Assembly: GCA_947444305.1 (NCBI GenBank)
Contig: CANEZP010000013.1
Span: forward strand, 65,375-129,374
Length of the DNA: 64,000 nucleotides
Source: Pseudobdellovibrionaceae bacterium
GTDB taxonomy: Bacteria > Bdellovibrionota > Bdellovibrionia > Bdellovibrionales > UBA1609
Reading direction: 5' to 3'
A model generated the notes under the pieces. The model was not told the DNA's origin and did not search any database. It was given only the letters and a program-made list of their open reading frames with translations. Made by a program: the position numbers and the translations under genes. This document shows positions 55,397 to 63,352 of the stretch, in pieces (position 1 is the stretch's first letter; the number at the start of each line of letters is the position of its first letter).

Positions 55397-56377
55397 TCAA
55401 AAGATCGAAAAGACCGTGCTAAAGCTGGCCGAAGTAGTGCGGATCGCGGGTTGCATGGTAAAGAAGCTCACGTAAGGCGAAAAATAGATATCCCTCGTGA
55501 TCGCCCAACCAAGACCGGCGCGTGCCGACGGTTGCAACGACTCCCAATCCCAATCGTTGTCGGCCCGGCGCAATTGCGAGAACGACCAAGCGCTCGAAGC
55601 GCGCAGATTCAAATTGTCGAGCAGCTTATATTCTAAACTCGGAATGAGCGAAAAGTTATAACTCGAGATATTGCCCGCATCCCCGCGGCGAAATTCACGG
55701 TCGAAAAAATAATAATCGAAATCAAAGACGTTGCCCACGATGAACCGGCTTTGCATCACCGTCCACTTCACGCCCTGACTTAAGCCTACCGAAGAGTTCT
55801 CGGCCTGCTCGCGGTAAAAGTCTGAAGTGATGAACGTGGCCTTCACGCTCGAACGCATCTGCGTCGGACCGGCGGCGTAGGTGCGATCGTAACTGATTTG
55901 CGGATTGGAGATTTCGTAGTTCTTATCGGTTGGACGTTTCTCAACCCTTTCGCCCGCAACTTGGTGATACGGCGTAAACCAGCGTGCGCCCGTCGAAAGA
56001 TTAATCGCGTCGGCCGAGGTAATCCGGTAGCGCAGTCCCATGAGCCCGCCGAGCGAGGTACGGTTCGGGCGCGGGCGATTGTCGGGATTAGGCATCTGAG
56101 GATCGCTCAAATTATCAACCGGTGGACCCGAATAACTGAGATCAAATTTTAAACTGTATCTAGAAAGCGAACCGGCTTGCGCCTTAAGTTCAATATCGGT
56201 GATGCGTCCGTCTTCGCGAAACTTTTTATTCTCAATCGCCTCTTCAATTTTAATTTTGGTTTTTGATTCTACAGATTCGTCGGCCGCCCTTGCGAGATCG
56301 CCCACTCCGAAAACGGCGAATCCTAATGCAACTAAACCCAGACGAAAGCCTTGTACCGACCGCGTTGCGAACTTCAT
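55397..56377 (-). CDS. Predicted outer-membrane beta-barrel protein
   Basis: 326 aa. Signal peptide (...FAVFGVGDLARA), beta-rich sequence, C-terminal ...STVFSIF. Confidence 0.6.
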   Translation of the reverse strand: MKFATRSVQGFRLGLVALGFAVFGVGDLARAADESVESKTKIKIEEAIENKKFREDGRITDIELKAQAGSLSRYSLKFDLSYSGPPVDNLSDPQMPNPDNRPRPNRTSLGGLMGLRYRITSADAINLSTGARWFTPYHQVAGERVEKRPTDKNYEISNPQISYDRTYAAGPTQMRSSVKATFITSDFYREQAENSSVGLSQGVKWTVMQSRFIVGNVFDFDYYFFDREFRRGDAGNISSYNFSLIPSLEYKLLDNLNLRASSAWSFSQLRRADNDWDWESLQPSARAGLGWAITRDIYFSPYVSFFTMQPAIRTTSASFSTVFSIF

Positions 56378-56594
56378 GCGTTCTCCCCCCAGAAAACTCC
56401 CGATAAACCGGGATCATTTTGTCCAACCGTGCTGAAGTCATACCGTCTGACACCAGAGATAAGCAAATTTTGATTCTGTTCAGGGTCAAGTCGACACCGA
56501 AGTTGACCAAAGCTTGGGCAAATACGCTGGCCCCGAATTTGTATTAGTGAATCGCGGGTAACGAGGGGGAGAGCGCCCTCCAGGACGGAGTCTC

Positions 56595-56951
56595 ATGACG
56601 AATGTTTTGCGAGTTGTAATGGTTGCGATGCTGGTTTGGGGAAACTTGGCTTTCGCAACTTTACCGACAAAGGCTTCGAACGCCGGTCAAGACTTGCGAA
56701 TCATTTCCTCCTGGATGGCGCATCTCAATTATTTCTACCCCGGGCTCGAAGTGGCCCCGGCCCGCGATGCGGATCTCAGCCGCGATGAAGTTCGCCGTCA
56801 GTTATTGCAAGACCTATCCTATCTAGAGCAAAGTCTCGGCGGCACGGTACGTGTTCCGCATTCATCTTTAAAGCAAATCGCTTGCGGGCGCCCCGAATGC
56901 ACCGGCGGTGGCGGCGGCGGTAAATGCAGCACCTGCGAAGTTGATAAATAA
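56595..56951 (+). CDS. Small secreted protein with a Cys/Gly-rich C-terminus
   Basis: 118 aa. Signal peptide MTNVLRVVMVAMLVWGNLAFA. C-terminal ACGRPECTGGGGGGKCSTCEVDK. Confidence 0.5.
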   Translation: MTNVLRVVMVAMLVWGNLAFATLPTKASNAGQDLRIISSWMAHLNYFYPGLEVAPARDADLSRDEVRRQLLQDLSYLEQSLGGTVRVPHSSLKQIACGRPECTGGGGGGKCSTCEVDK

Positions 56952-56987
56952 GCGGGAGTCCGCTATTTTTCTTCGTTGGAGGTCCGC

Positions 56988-57302
56988 ATGCGCATACTAC
57001 TCATCCTTACGTCCCTATTCTTTTTCTCGGCCGTAGCTTCGACCGAAGACAACACGTTCGAAAAAAGCCTGCAAACCGTCGGCAAGAAAATCGATCAAGC
57101 TAAAGCAAAGGGCGAAAAGCTCGGGACCGAAGCGAAGAACGAATGGAAGGCGATCCAAGCTAAGACCGAAAAAGCCACCGACGACATCGGCGAAAAAACC
57201 GAAGCTAAGGGAAAAGACTGGGGCACGCGCGTTAAGGGGGCTTTCACCGAGTTCGGTGCCGGGGTAAAAAATGCGTGGAACAAACTCAAAGGTGATTCAT
57301 AA
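56988..57302 (+). CDS. Small secreted Lys/Glu-rich helical protein
   Basis: Start moved to the ATG at 56988, preceded by GGAGG. Signal peptide MRILLILTSLFFFSAVAS, then low-complexity amphipathic sequence. Confidence 0.5.
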   Translation: MRILLILTSLFFFSAVASTEDNTFEKSLQTVGKKIDQAKAKGEKLGTEAKNEWKAIQAKTEKATDDIGEKTEAKGKDWGTRVKGAFTEFGAGVKNAWNKLKGDS

Positions 57303-58333
57303 TGCTCGGACGTTTAGTTAAAAATGCCTCGATCGCACGCAGTGGCGTATACTTCCTCGAAAACTTACCCGTGCAGTTACTCAACCGCTTCATCGGCCCC
57401 GCCGATCTCGATAAACCGACGCCCGAACAGCTCAAAACTCTATGGCCACAAGTCGTCGCCCTTCACGAGCGTGAGGCGAACAACATCGAACAAGGCATCT
57501 ATCCGTTAAGCGCCATTCAAATCGAAAATCCGTTGCGCCACGCACGCTCTTTTATTGAAGTCATGGGCGACGGTCTCCGGGTCGCTTGGCGCATGCGTAA
57601 CAACAAGAACAAAGACTTCAAAGGTAAAGCCGCGCAAACCGCGAGCGGAATGCCCGAATACTACGCGCGCAATTTCCATTTCCAAACCGACGGCTACTTT
57701 AGCGAAGCTTCGGCACGCCGTTATGATCACCAAGTTGAGATCCTCTTCAGCGGCACGGCGGGCGCGATGCGCCGGTGTATTTTGCCGGTCTTAAAGCGCG
57801 ACACGACCGGTGCGGGCCGTTGGCTTGAAATCGGTTGCGGGGCCGGCTCGGCAACCCGCTCGGTCTTAGCGACGTTCCCGAAGGCGCGTTTGACCGCGCT
57901 TGACCTCAGCGCTTCGTACTTAAAAGTAGCGCAAGAAAATCTTCGCGAGTTCGACAACGTCGATTTCGCGCAAGGTGACGGCACGCAATTGGACTACAAA
58001 GACGGAACGTTCGAAGCCGTGTTCAGCGTTTTTCAGTTGCACGAGATGCCGCGCGAAGAACGCGAGAAACTCGTGGCCGAAGCGTTTCGCGTCTTGAAAC
58101 CGGGCGGCGTTTTGATTTTTGCGGATTCATTGCAAAAAGATGACGACCCTGAACTGAATTGGGCGCTCGAGCGTTTTCCTAAGATTTACCATGAACCGTT
58201 CTACGCCAACTACAGCAAAGACAAGATGGAAAGTCTGCTTAAGCGCACGACGGGCGTGACGGCGCATACCGAACTCGTCTTCTTAACGAAGATGTGCTGG
58301 CTTCAGAAACCTTCGAGCTCCGCTGAGAGCTGA
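57302..58333 (+). CDS. Class I SAM-dependent methyltransferase
   Basis: 343 aa. Motif I LEIGCGAGSAT, post-I LDLS, motif III-like LKPGGVLIFAD. The ATG overlaps the upstream stop. Confidence 0.8.
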   Translation: MLGRLVKNASIARSGVYFLENLPVQLLNRFIGPADLDKPTPEQLKTLWPQVVALHEREANNIEQGIYPLSAIQIENPLRHARSFIEVMGDGLRVAWRMRNNKNKDFKGKAAQTASGMPEYYARNFHFQTDGYFSEASARRYDHQVEILFSGTAGAMRRCILPVLKRDTTGAGRWLEIGCGAGSATRSVLATFPKARLTALDLSASYLKVAQENLREFDNVDFAQGDGTQLDYKDGTFEAVFSVFQLHEMPREEREKLVAEAFRVLKPGGVLIFADSLQKDDDPELNWALERFPKIYHEPFYANYSKDKMESLLKRTTGVTAHTELVFLTKMCWLQKPSSSAES

Positions 58334-59085
58334 CGGTACACCGGAGCCATCTGGTCCCGTACTTTTTCAACCAACGATTCAACCTGTTCGATCGCGATGC
58401 CCGCGGTCGGTACGCGCGGCAAGATTTGCATAATGATGTTGTTGCGCCAGCGTCCCGCACCCAACAAAAAACCATCCTTCGGTAAAGTGTCGTAAGCGCC
58501 GGCCAAGATGACCGGCACGATGTCCATCTGCGCGTTGATCGCGAACTCAAACGGACCACGCTTGAATTTACCGAGCTCGGCCATTTTTTGCCGCGTGCCT
58601 TCCGGGGCTAACGCAAAAGCCTCTCCGTTTTCAACGCGAGCAATGGCGCTTTCGTAAACCTTCATGACTTTGTTGCGATTGCGGCGATCGATCGGCAGAA
58701 CTCCGCAAAGCTCCATCGCCTTACCGAACAACGGAATTCTAAACAGCTCGATCTTGGCACCGAAGCGAAAGCTCCGCGGAAAGTAAGCGTACAGAACCGG
58801 TATATCCACCAGGCTGCTGTGATTAAACAGGATAAGAAAGCCCTTCTTTTGCTGCCCGACGGTTTCGGCGCCACGAACATCGACTTTGACGCCGGCCAAC
58901 CGAACGAGCGGCAACGACCACATATATATGATCACCCAGTCGATCACTTTGCGTGAACGGATCACGCCCGCGACGAACAAAACCACGAAGGACATCACGA
59001 AAGTGTGCAGCAATCCGACCGTGGTTCCGACAAAACCCCGCGGGTACGACAAGACATCGAGGATGGATTTGAAGGCTTTTTTCAT
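58303..59085 (-). CDS. plsC: 1-acyl-sn-glycerol-3-phosphate acyltransferase
   Basis: NHSSLVDIP (NHxxxxD) and APEGTR motifs with an N-terminal TM. Start moved to the ATG at 59085. Confidence 0.85.
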   Translation of the reverse strand: MKKAFKSILDVLSYPRGFVGTTVGLLHTFVMSFVVLFVAGVIRSRKVIDWVIIYMWSLPLVRLAGVKVDVRGAETVGQQKKGFLILFNHSSLVDIPVLYAYFPRSFRFGAKIELFRIPLFGKAMELCGVLPIDRRNRNKVMKVYESAIARVENGEAFALAPEGTRQKMAELGKFKRGPFEFAINAQMDIVPVILAGAYDTLPKDGFLLGAGRWRNNIIMQILPRVPTAGIAIEQVESLVEKVRDQMAPVYRQLSAELEGF

Positions 59086-59263
59086 TGCCACGAATCTAGC
59101 CGAAGCGGTCGCAAAAACAAGCAAAGACAGGCGCTTCTCGTCGCGGAGTGACTTTTCACGGCCCTCCCGCGGCTTGGCGAGCGATTAAAGCGAGTCCCGC
59201 GCTGGCACCCCGGTTGCTCAAAGGACCGTGTCGAATGGATTCTTACAGTACGTGGGGTACAAA

Positions 59264-59896
59264 ATGAATAAATGGATTTTAGTAATCGCCGTAGCCTTGT
59301 CACCTTTCCACGCTTTTGCCGATCGTTCAGAGGATCTGAGCGCCGAAGCCGAAGCTGAGGAAATGGAAGTTTTCGATCAAAAGAAGATCGACGAAGCTCA
59401 GAAAAAAGAAACCGCGCAAAACGAGCGCAACACTAAAGATTTGGAACGCCAAATCCAAAGACTTCAGGCCGAGAGCAAGTCGTTGTCGACTCGCATCGAC
59501 TCCGCTTCCGAGCGTTTCGCGCAAACTCACAAACGTGCGCAAGAAACTCAAGCGATCGCCAAGAAGTTCGAATCGCAACGCAATCAATTGAAGGGTCAAT
59601 TGGAAGCTTTGCGCGCCCGCACTCAACAAGCGCAAAACAAATTGCAAGGCGCCCAAGAGCTACAATCTTCGATGAAGTCAGAAATCTCTTCGTCGGAACG
59701 CGAACAGCGCGACCTCAACAACAAATTGAAGTCAGCCAACGCCCGCCTAGCCCGCGCCCAAAAAGACATCAAAAACTCACGCGGCAAACAACGCCGCCTG
59801 AGCCAGCAGAACCGCGCTTTGTCGAACAAAGTAGCCTCTGTTGAATCCCGCGCGTCGGCTCTCGAAGAGCGTTCGCTCGGCAGCGATTTCCGTTAA
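59264..59896 (+). CDS. Secreted coiled-coil protein
   Basis: Start moved to the ATG at 59264 (MNKWILVIAVALSPFHAFA signal peptide). The rest is Gln/Glu/Arg/Lys-rich heptad-like sequence. Confidence 0.6.
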   Translation: MNKWILVIAVALSPFHAFADRSEDLSAEAEAEEMEVFDQKKIDEAQKKETAQNERNTKDLERQIQRLQAESKSLSTRIDSASERFAQTHKRAQETQAIAKKFESQRNQLKGQLEALRARTQQAQNKLQGAQELQSSMKSEISSSEREQRDLNNKLKSANARLARAQKDIKNSRGKQRRLSQQNRALSNKVASVESRASALEERSLGSDFR

Positions 59897-59924
59897 TTTT
59901 CGTTTTAAAGAATTCGTTCGTTCA

Positions 59925-59951
59925 AGGGGAGCCGGTGGCTCCCCTTTTTTT
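59925..59951 (+). terminator. Strong intrinsic terminator
   Basis: aggggagcc-ggt-ggctcccct followed by tttttttg, 29 nt after the stop at 59894-59896. Confidence 0.85.
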
Positions 59952-60041
59952 GTTTTGCGTGAAGCTTGAGTTTACGCGGGGACCTCACCGGTGAACGCCC
60001 ATCGCATTGGCGCGTGAACCTGTCCATCCGTGCGAGTGCCG

Positions 60042-60066
60042 CCTCTCCGCCGTCCGGGCGGAGAGG
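60042..60066. repeat. P2-family hairpin, copy D1 (A orientation)
   Basis: cctctccgcc-gtccg-ggcggagagg (10-bp stem). The flanks (cgagtgcc... / ...gaatgaaatgaag) parallel the flanks of copy A (gacagtggcc... / ...attgaaattgaaat). Confidence 0.7.
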
Positions 60067-60135
60067 GAATGAAATGAAGAGATAGAATTTTTGGGAAAGA
60101 TTCGGAGGGACGCACATCGTCCATGCCAAATAAAT

Positions 60136-60167
60136 CTTCCTCCTTCTTTCCTTCTTTTCCTTCTTCC
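60136..60167. repeat. 32-nt pure polypyrimidine (CT) tract
   Basis: cttcctccttctttccttcttttccttcttcc, read directly, between the two P2-family hairpins. Confidence 0.9.
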
Positions 60168-60192
60168 AAAGAAATCCTCCCAAATATATAAC

Positions 60193-60218
60193 TCTTGCGG
60201 CCGCGGACGGCCGCAAGA
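60193..60218. repeat. P2-family hairpin, copy D2 (B orientation)
   Basis: tcttgcggccg-cgga-cggccgcaaga (11-bp stem) followed by agccactctcaaggacg, which parallels ggccactgtcaggatg of copy B. Confidence 0.7.
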
Positions 60219-60279
60219 AGCCACTCTCAAGGACGGAAAATCTATGCGACTAGAAGATGAGGCCATCGAAGCCACCAAC

Positions 60280-60293
60280 TCTGCGCGCGCAGA
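60280..60293. repeat. 14-bp perfect palindrome TCTGCGCGCGCAGA, copy 1
   Basis: Read directly; non-coding, upstream of the HNH gene. Confidence 0.95.
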
Positions 60294-60316
60294 ATTTAAA
60301 CCAGCATATCGAAAGC

Positions 60317-60330
60317 TCTGCGCGCGCAGA
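60317..60330. repeat. 14-bp perfect palindrome TCTGCGCGCGCAGA, copy 2
   Basis: Read directly. The extended context aagctctgcgcgcgcagaaa is shared with copy 3. Confidence 0.95.
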
Positions 60331-60565
60331 AACTTTTAACATTTTTTTATCCAACATAAATATAATTTGACGATGTTAGCAACTCACCAATGAAGCGCTG
60401 ACACGTTTCATTTTCAAAATCTGATTTGCAAATTATGATTGTAAATCAATTCACCGCAATGGCCCGATCCGTAGCTTTAACAATGAACTATGAATAGGAT
60501 GCACCAACCTCAAAACGTCGATTTTAAAACCCATGTTAGCTTCACGCCATCGCAAGGAGTTTAAG

Positions 60566-61519
60566 ATGAATGCTGAACAAAAATGGATTCATGAGTGTGC
60601 GTTAGCCGCGAAAATTCGTTATCACAAATTCGAACTTGAGTTTGTGCAGATCCTTAAGGACGTCGAGCGGAGTAAAACGCATAAGGCTTTGGATAAATCG
60701 AGTATTCATGCTTACGCCGTTGAGATACTCGGATTTACCGATGCGGTCGCTTACAGTTTCATCGCGGTGGCTCGCAAATCGCGGGAGGTGCCTGAGATTC
60801 TAACTTCCGGGCTTTCGGTTTTTGTTTTGAATCGGATGGTTTCTACGCTTAAGCCTGAGAATGCGGCTGAGCTTATTCGTTTCGCCCAAACGCATTCGAG
60901 TCGCGAGCTTGAACGAGAGTTGGGGCGGCGCAATCCGCGGAGCAGATGTGAGCGGGTCAAATTCATTTCGGAAGAGTGCGTTGAGATCTCGGCGCATGTG
61001 TCGGTTGCGTTTTTGGAAAAGCTAAAACGCGTCGAAGCTCTGCGCGCGCAGAAAAATCAGCCGCAAGGTGTAGGGTCTGCGCTTGAAGCGGCTCTGGAAG
61101 AATATTTGCGTAAGCACGATCCTGTGCGGAAAGCGGAGCGGGCCCAAGGTCGCAAGGCCCGGGAACATAAAGCAGAGATGCAAAAAGCAGAGAAAGAACC
61201 CGAAAGCACGAACGTTAAAGAGATACGACAACCGGATGGTCCATCGACTAAACCCGAAGAGCTCTGCGCGCACAGAGTTCGGAAGCGCGTTCCGTTGACC
61301 GCGGCGCAGAAGCACGCGGTGTTCGAGCGGGATTCTGGGCGGTGTACTCATTTGGGTATAAACGGTAAACGTTGTGGCTCGGATCAGTGGATTCAAATTC
61401 ATCACATTATTGAGGTCGCGCATGGGGGTGGGAACGAACCCGAGAACCTCACAACGCTTTGTTCGTTTCACCATGATCAGGTTCATCAAATGCATTTTCA
61501 ACTGGAGCAATGGGGCTAA
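60566..61519 (+). CDS. HNH endonuclease (DUF222-like N-terminal region plus C-terminal HNH nuclease)
   Basis: C-terminal CTHLGINGKRCGSDQWIQIHHIIEVAHGGGNEPENLTTLCSFHHDQVH (H-N-H with flanking Cys/His). Start moved to the ATG at 60566, preceded by AAGGAG; 60533 is an alternative. Confidence 0.8.
   Translation: MNAEQKWIHECALAAKIRYHKFELEFVQILKDVERSKTHKALDKSSIHAYAVEILGFTDAVAYSFIAVARKSREVPEILTSGLSVFVLNRMVSTLKPENAAELIRFAQTHSSRELERELGRRNPRSRCERVKFISEECVEISAHVSVAFLEKLKRVEALRAQKNQPQGVGSALEAALEEYLRKHDPVRKAERAQGRKAREHKAEMQKAEKEPESTNVKEIRQPDGPSTKPEELCAHRVRKRVPLTAAQKHAVFERDSGRCTHLGINGKRCGSDQWIQIHHIIEVAHGGGNEPENLTTLCSFHHDQVHQMHFQLEQWG
61039..61052. repeat. 14-bp perfect palindrome TCTGCGCGCGCAGA, copy 3 (inside the HNH CDS)
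   Basis: Encodes A-L-R-A-Q in the HNH reading frame. Confidence 0.95.
61263..61276. repeat. Palindrome variant TCTGCGCGCACAGA, copy 4 (inside the HNH CDS)
   Basis: One substitution relative to copies 1-3; encodes L-C-A-H-R. Confidence 0.9.
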
Positions 61520-61718
61520 GGTCAATGGTGCGCCAGGGATTGCGCGGCGGCTCGTGGTTGAGGAGTTTACAGTCGCGGGCGTAGACCTGCTCTCAAAGTT
61601 GCGCACAGAAACCGGCTTAGTCTTTTTTTGGTTAGTTCTCTCCTCAACTGAAATATTTTGGCGTGGTCCGTGCAATGTTCTGGTCGCAGATCACAAATCA
61701 AATATTTGAGGGGTAGTT

Positions 61719-62129
61719 GTGCGTACGTTAGCCGTTCTTTTTTTCATGATGACTATTTGTTCTTCAGGATTTGCGCAGGAGTCGCAGGCGCGTATTCAGA
61801 TCGACGCGACCGGTAAAGCTAGGGTCGGGACGACCATTTCGGGGCTTGTTGAACTTACGATCAAAAATCAAATCGAGGTCGTTAAGGTGACTTGCGGCGC
61901 GATCAAGAACGGAAGTCAGACCGTTTGGATCACTAAGGAGCCGCGCGAAATGATGGGGATCAAAACTTCCGATAGCCCGGAAGTTTCTCTGCAGTTCTTG
62001 GCGAAAGCTGATTGCGCCCAAAAGGTTCACGCCCTACGCGCCAGAACCTACGAACCCGGTGAGCAGAAGTACGGCATTCAGGTTGATATGCCCTCGCCGA
62101 CTTCATTATCGGACATGCAGCTTCTTTAA
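61719..62129 (+). CDS. Small secreted hypothetical protein
   Basis: 136 aa. GTG start after a GAGGGG RBS. Signal peptide MRTLAVLFFMMTICSSGFAQE. Confidence 0.5.
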   Translation: MRTLAVLFFMMTICSSGFAQESQARIQIDATGKARVGTTISGLVELTIKNQIEVVKVTCGAIKNGSQTVWITKEPREMMGIKTSDSPEVSLQFLAKADCAQKVHALRARTYEPGEQKYGIQVDMPSPTSLSDMQLL

Positions 62130-62166
62130 TCTGCTTAATCTGTAATCTGCTCGATCTTTAATCCGC

Positions 62167-63324
62167 TTAATCTTTGAGCGGCTTATAAATCTTCGGGATA
62201 AACGCGGCGCTCATCCAAGCGAGGGCCGCGAACATCAGAAACACGCCTTCGAAGCCGATGCGCGGAACTAACGGCGCGCCAAGCCCCTCTCCCAAAGAAT
62301 TACCGATGTTCGAGAAGATCATGGCGCCCGCGAACAACGTCGCGGCCCAGCGGCCCTCGGCGAAACGCATGGCCAACGTCACGAAGGCCGTTTCTTGAAA
62401 GCCCCACGCCGCGCCCCAAACTAGCGCGGCGACCGGCGCCGGCCAGCCTAGCAGCGGAATACCGCAACCAAGACCGAGCATGAACAAGGCGAGAAATTGC
62501 GTCGGTTTGTTGCCCAAGCGTGGATTAAGCAAAGCAAAAAGCACGGCCCCGAGCAGCGCTCCCCCACCCCGCCACATGCCGAAGAAACCGACTTCAACGG
62601 AAGATGCACCGGTGGTCTCGCTTAAGTGAAGCGTGAGCAAACCGTCGGTGCCGAACGAAGCGGTTGCGTAGACGACCGCGAAGAGCGCGAAGAATACGTA
62701 GTAATCCTTGAGCAGCGAGGCCCAACCCTTGACCAGTGCTCCGCTTTTCTTAACGGGCGCAGAGTGAGGAACGAACAACACGATCGCCAAAACCACGGCC
62801 GCGAGTCCCGCGATCAACTGAAAGATAATTCCGAACCCGTGGCGCATGGCCAAGAATCCAAAGAGCGCCGACATCGTCACGAGCCCGAGCGATTTGCCCG
62901 CGATCATCGAGGCCTGCACCGACCCGTGCTCATGCCCGGCCGAGGTATCGACCGCCCAACCGTCGGCGCAAGTGTCGAACCACGCAAGACCGAGCGAAGC
63001 CAGCCACACCAGCGATGCGTAAGCAAAAAAGTTTTTCCCGGGATCAACGAACGACGTAGCGAAAAACGCCGACGCGAACAAAGTTAACCCGATCACCATG
63101 TACGGTTTGCGCGATCCCCAACGCCCCACGGGGAAGCGATCACTGACGTAACCCAAGCCCACCTTCACGATGAACGGGATCAACAATAGACCCGTAAATA
63201 ATCCAAGTGCTTCTTTACTGACGCCGTTTGCGGCGAGATAAGGCTTTTGAAAATTGACGATGTAGGCCAACGCGGCCCCTTGAACAAAATAAAGCATCGA
63301 GAAAAACAGGAGTTTGCGCCACAT
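62167..63324 (-). CDS. MFS transporter (folate-biopterin/BT1-like by N-terminal motif)
   Basis: 385 aa with about 12 TM segments. N-terminal LYFVQGAALAYIVNFQKPYL resembles the BT1/FBT YFVQG block. Confidence 0.75.
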   Translation of the reverse strand: MWRKLLFFSMLYFVQGAALAYIVNFQKPYLAANGVSKEALGLFTGLLLIPFIVKVGLGYVSDRFPVGRWGSRKPYMVIGLTLFASAFFATSFVDPGKNFFAYASLVWLASLGLAWFDTCADGWAVDTSAGHEHGSVQASMIAGKSLGLVTMSALFGFLAMRHGFGIIFQLIAGLAAVVLAIVLFVPHSAPVKKSGALVKGWASLLKDYYVFFALFAVVYATASFGTDGLLTLHLSETTGASSVEVGFFGMWRGGGALLGAVLFALLNPRLGNKPTQFLALFMLGLGCGIPLLGWPAPVAALVWGAAWGFQETAFVTLAMRFAEGRWAATLFAGAMIFSNIGNSLGEGLGAPLVPRIGFEGVFLMFAALAWMSAAFIPKIYKPLKD

Positions 63325-63352
63325 CCTTGAAGTTTGCTAGGGTTGGGTCCAG

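Noticed and set aside
60566-61519. HNH gene as part of a restriction-modification or other defence system
   Set aside because: There is no adjacent methyltransferase, ATPase, helicase or other defence-type partner. The SAM methyltransferase at 57302-58333 is small-molecule/class I-like and separated by unrelated genes. A free-standing or selfish HNH is more consistent.
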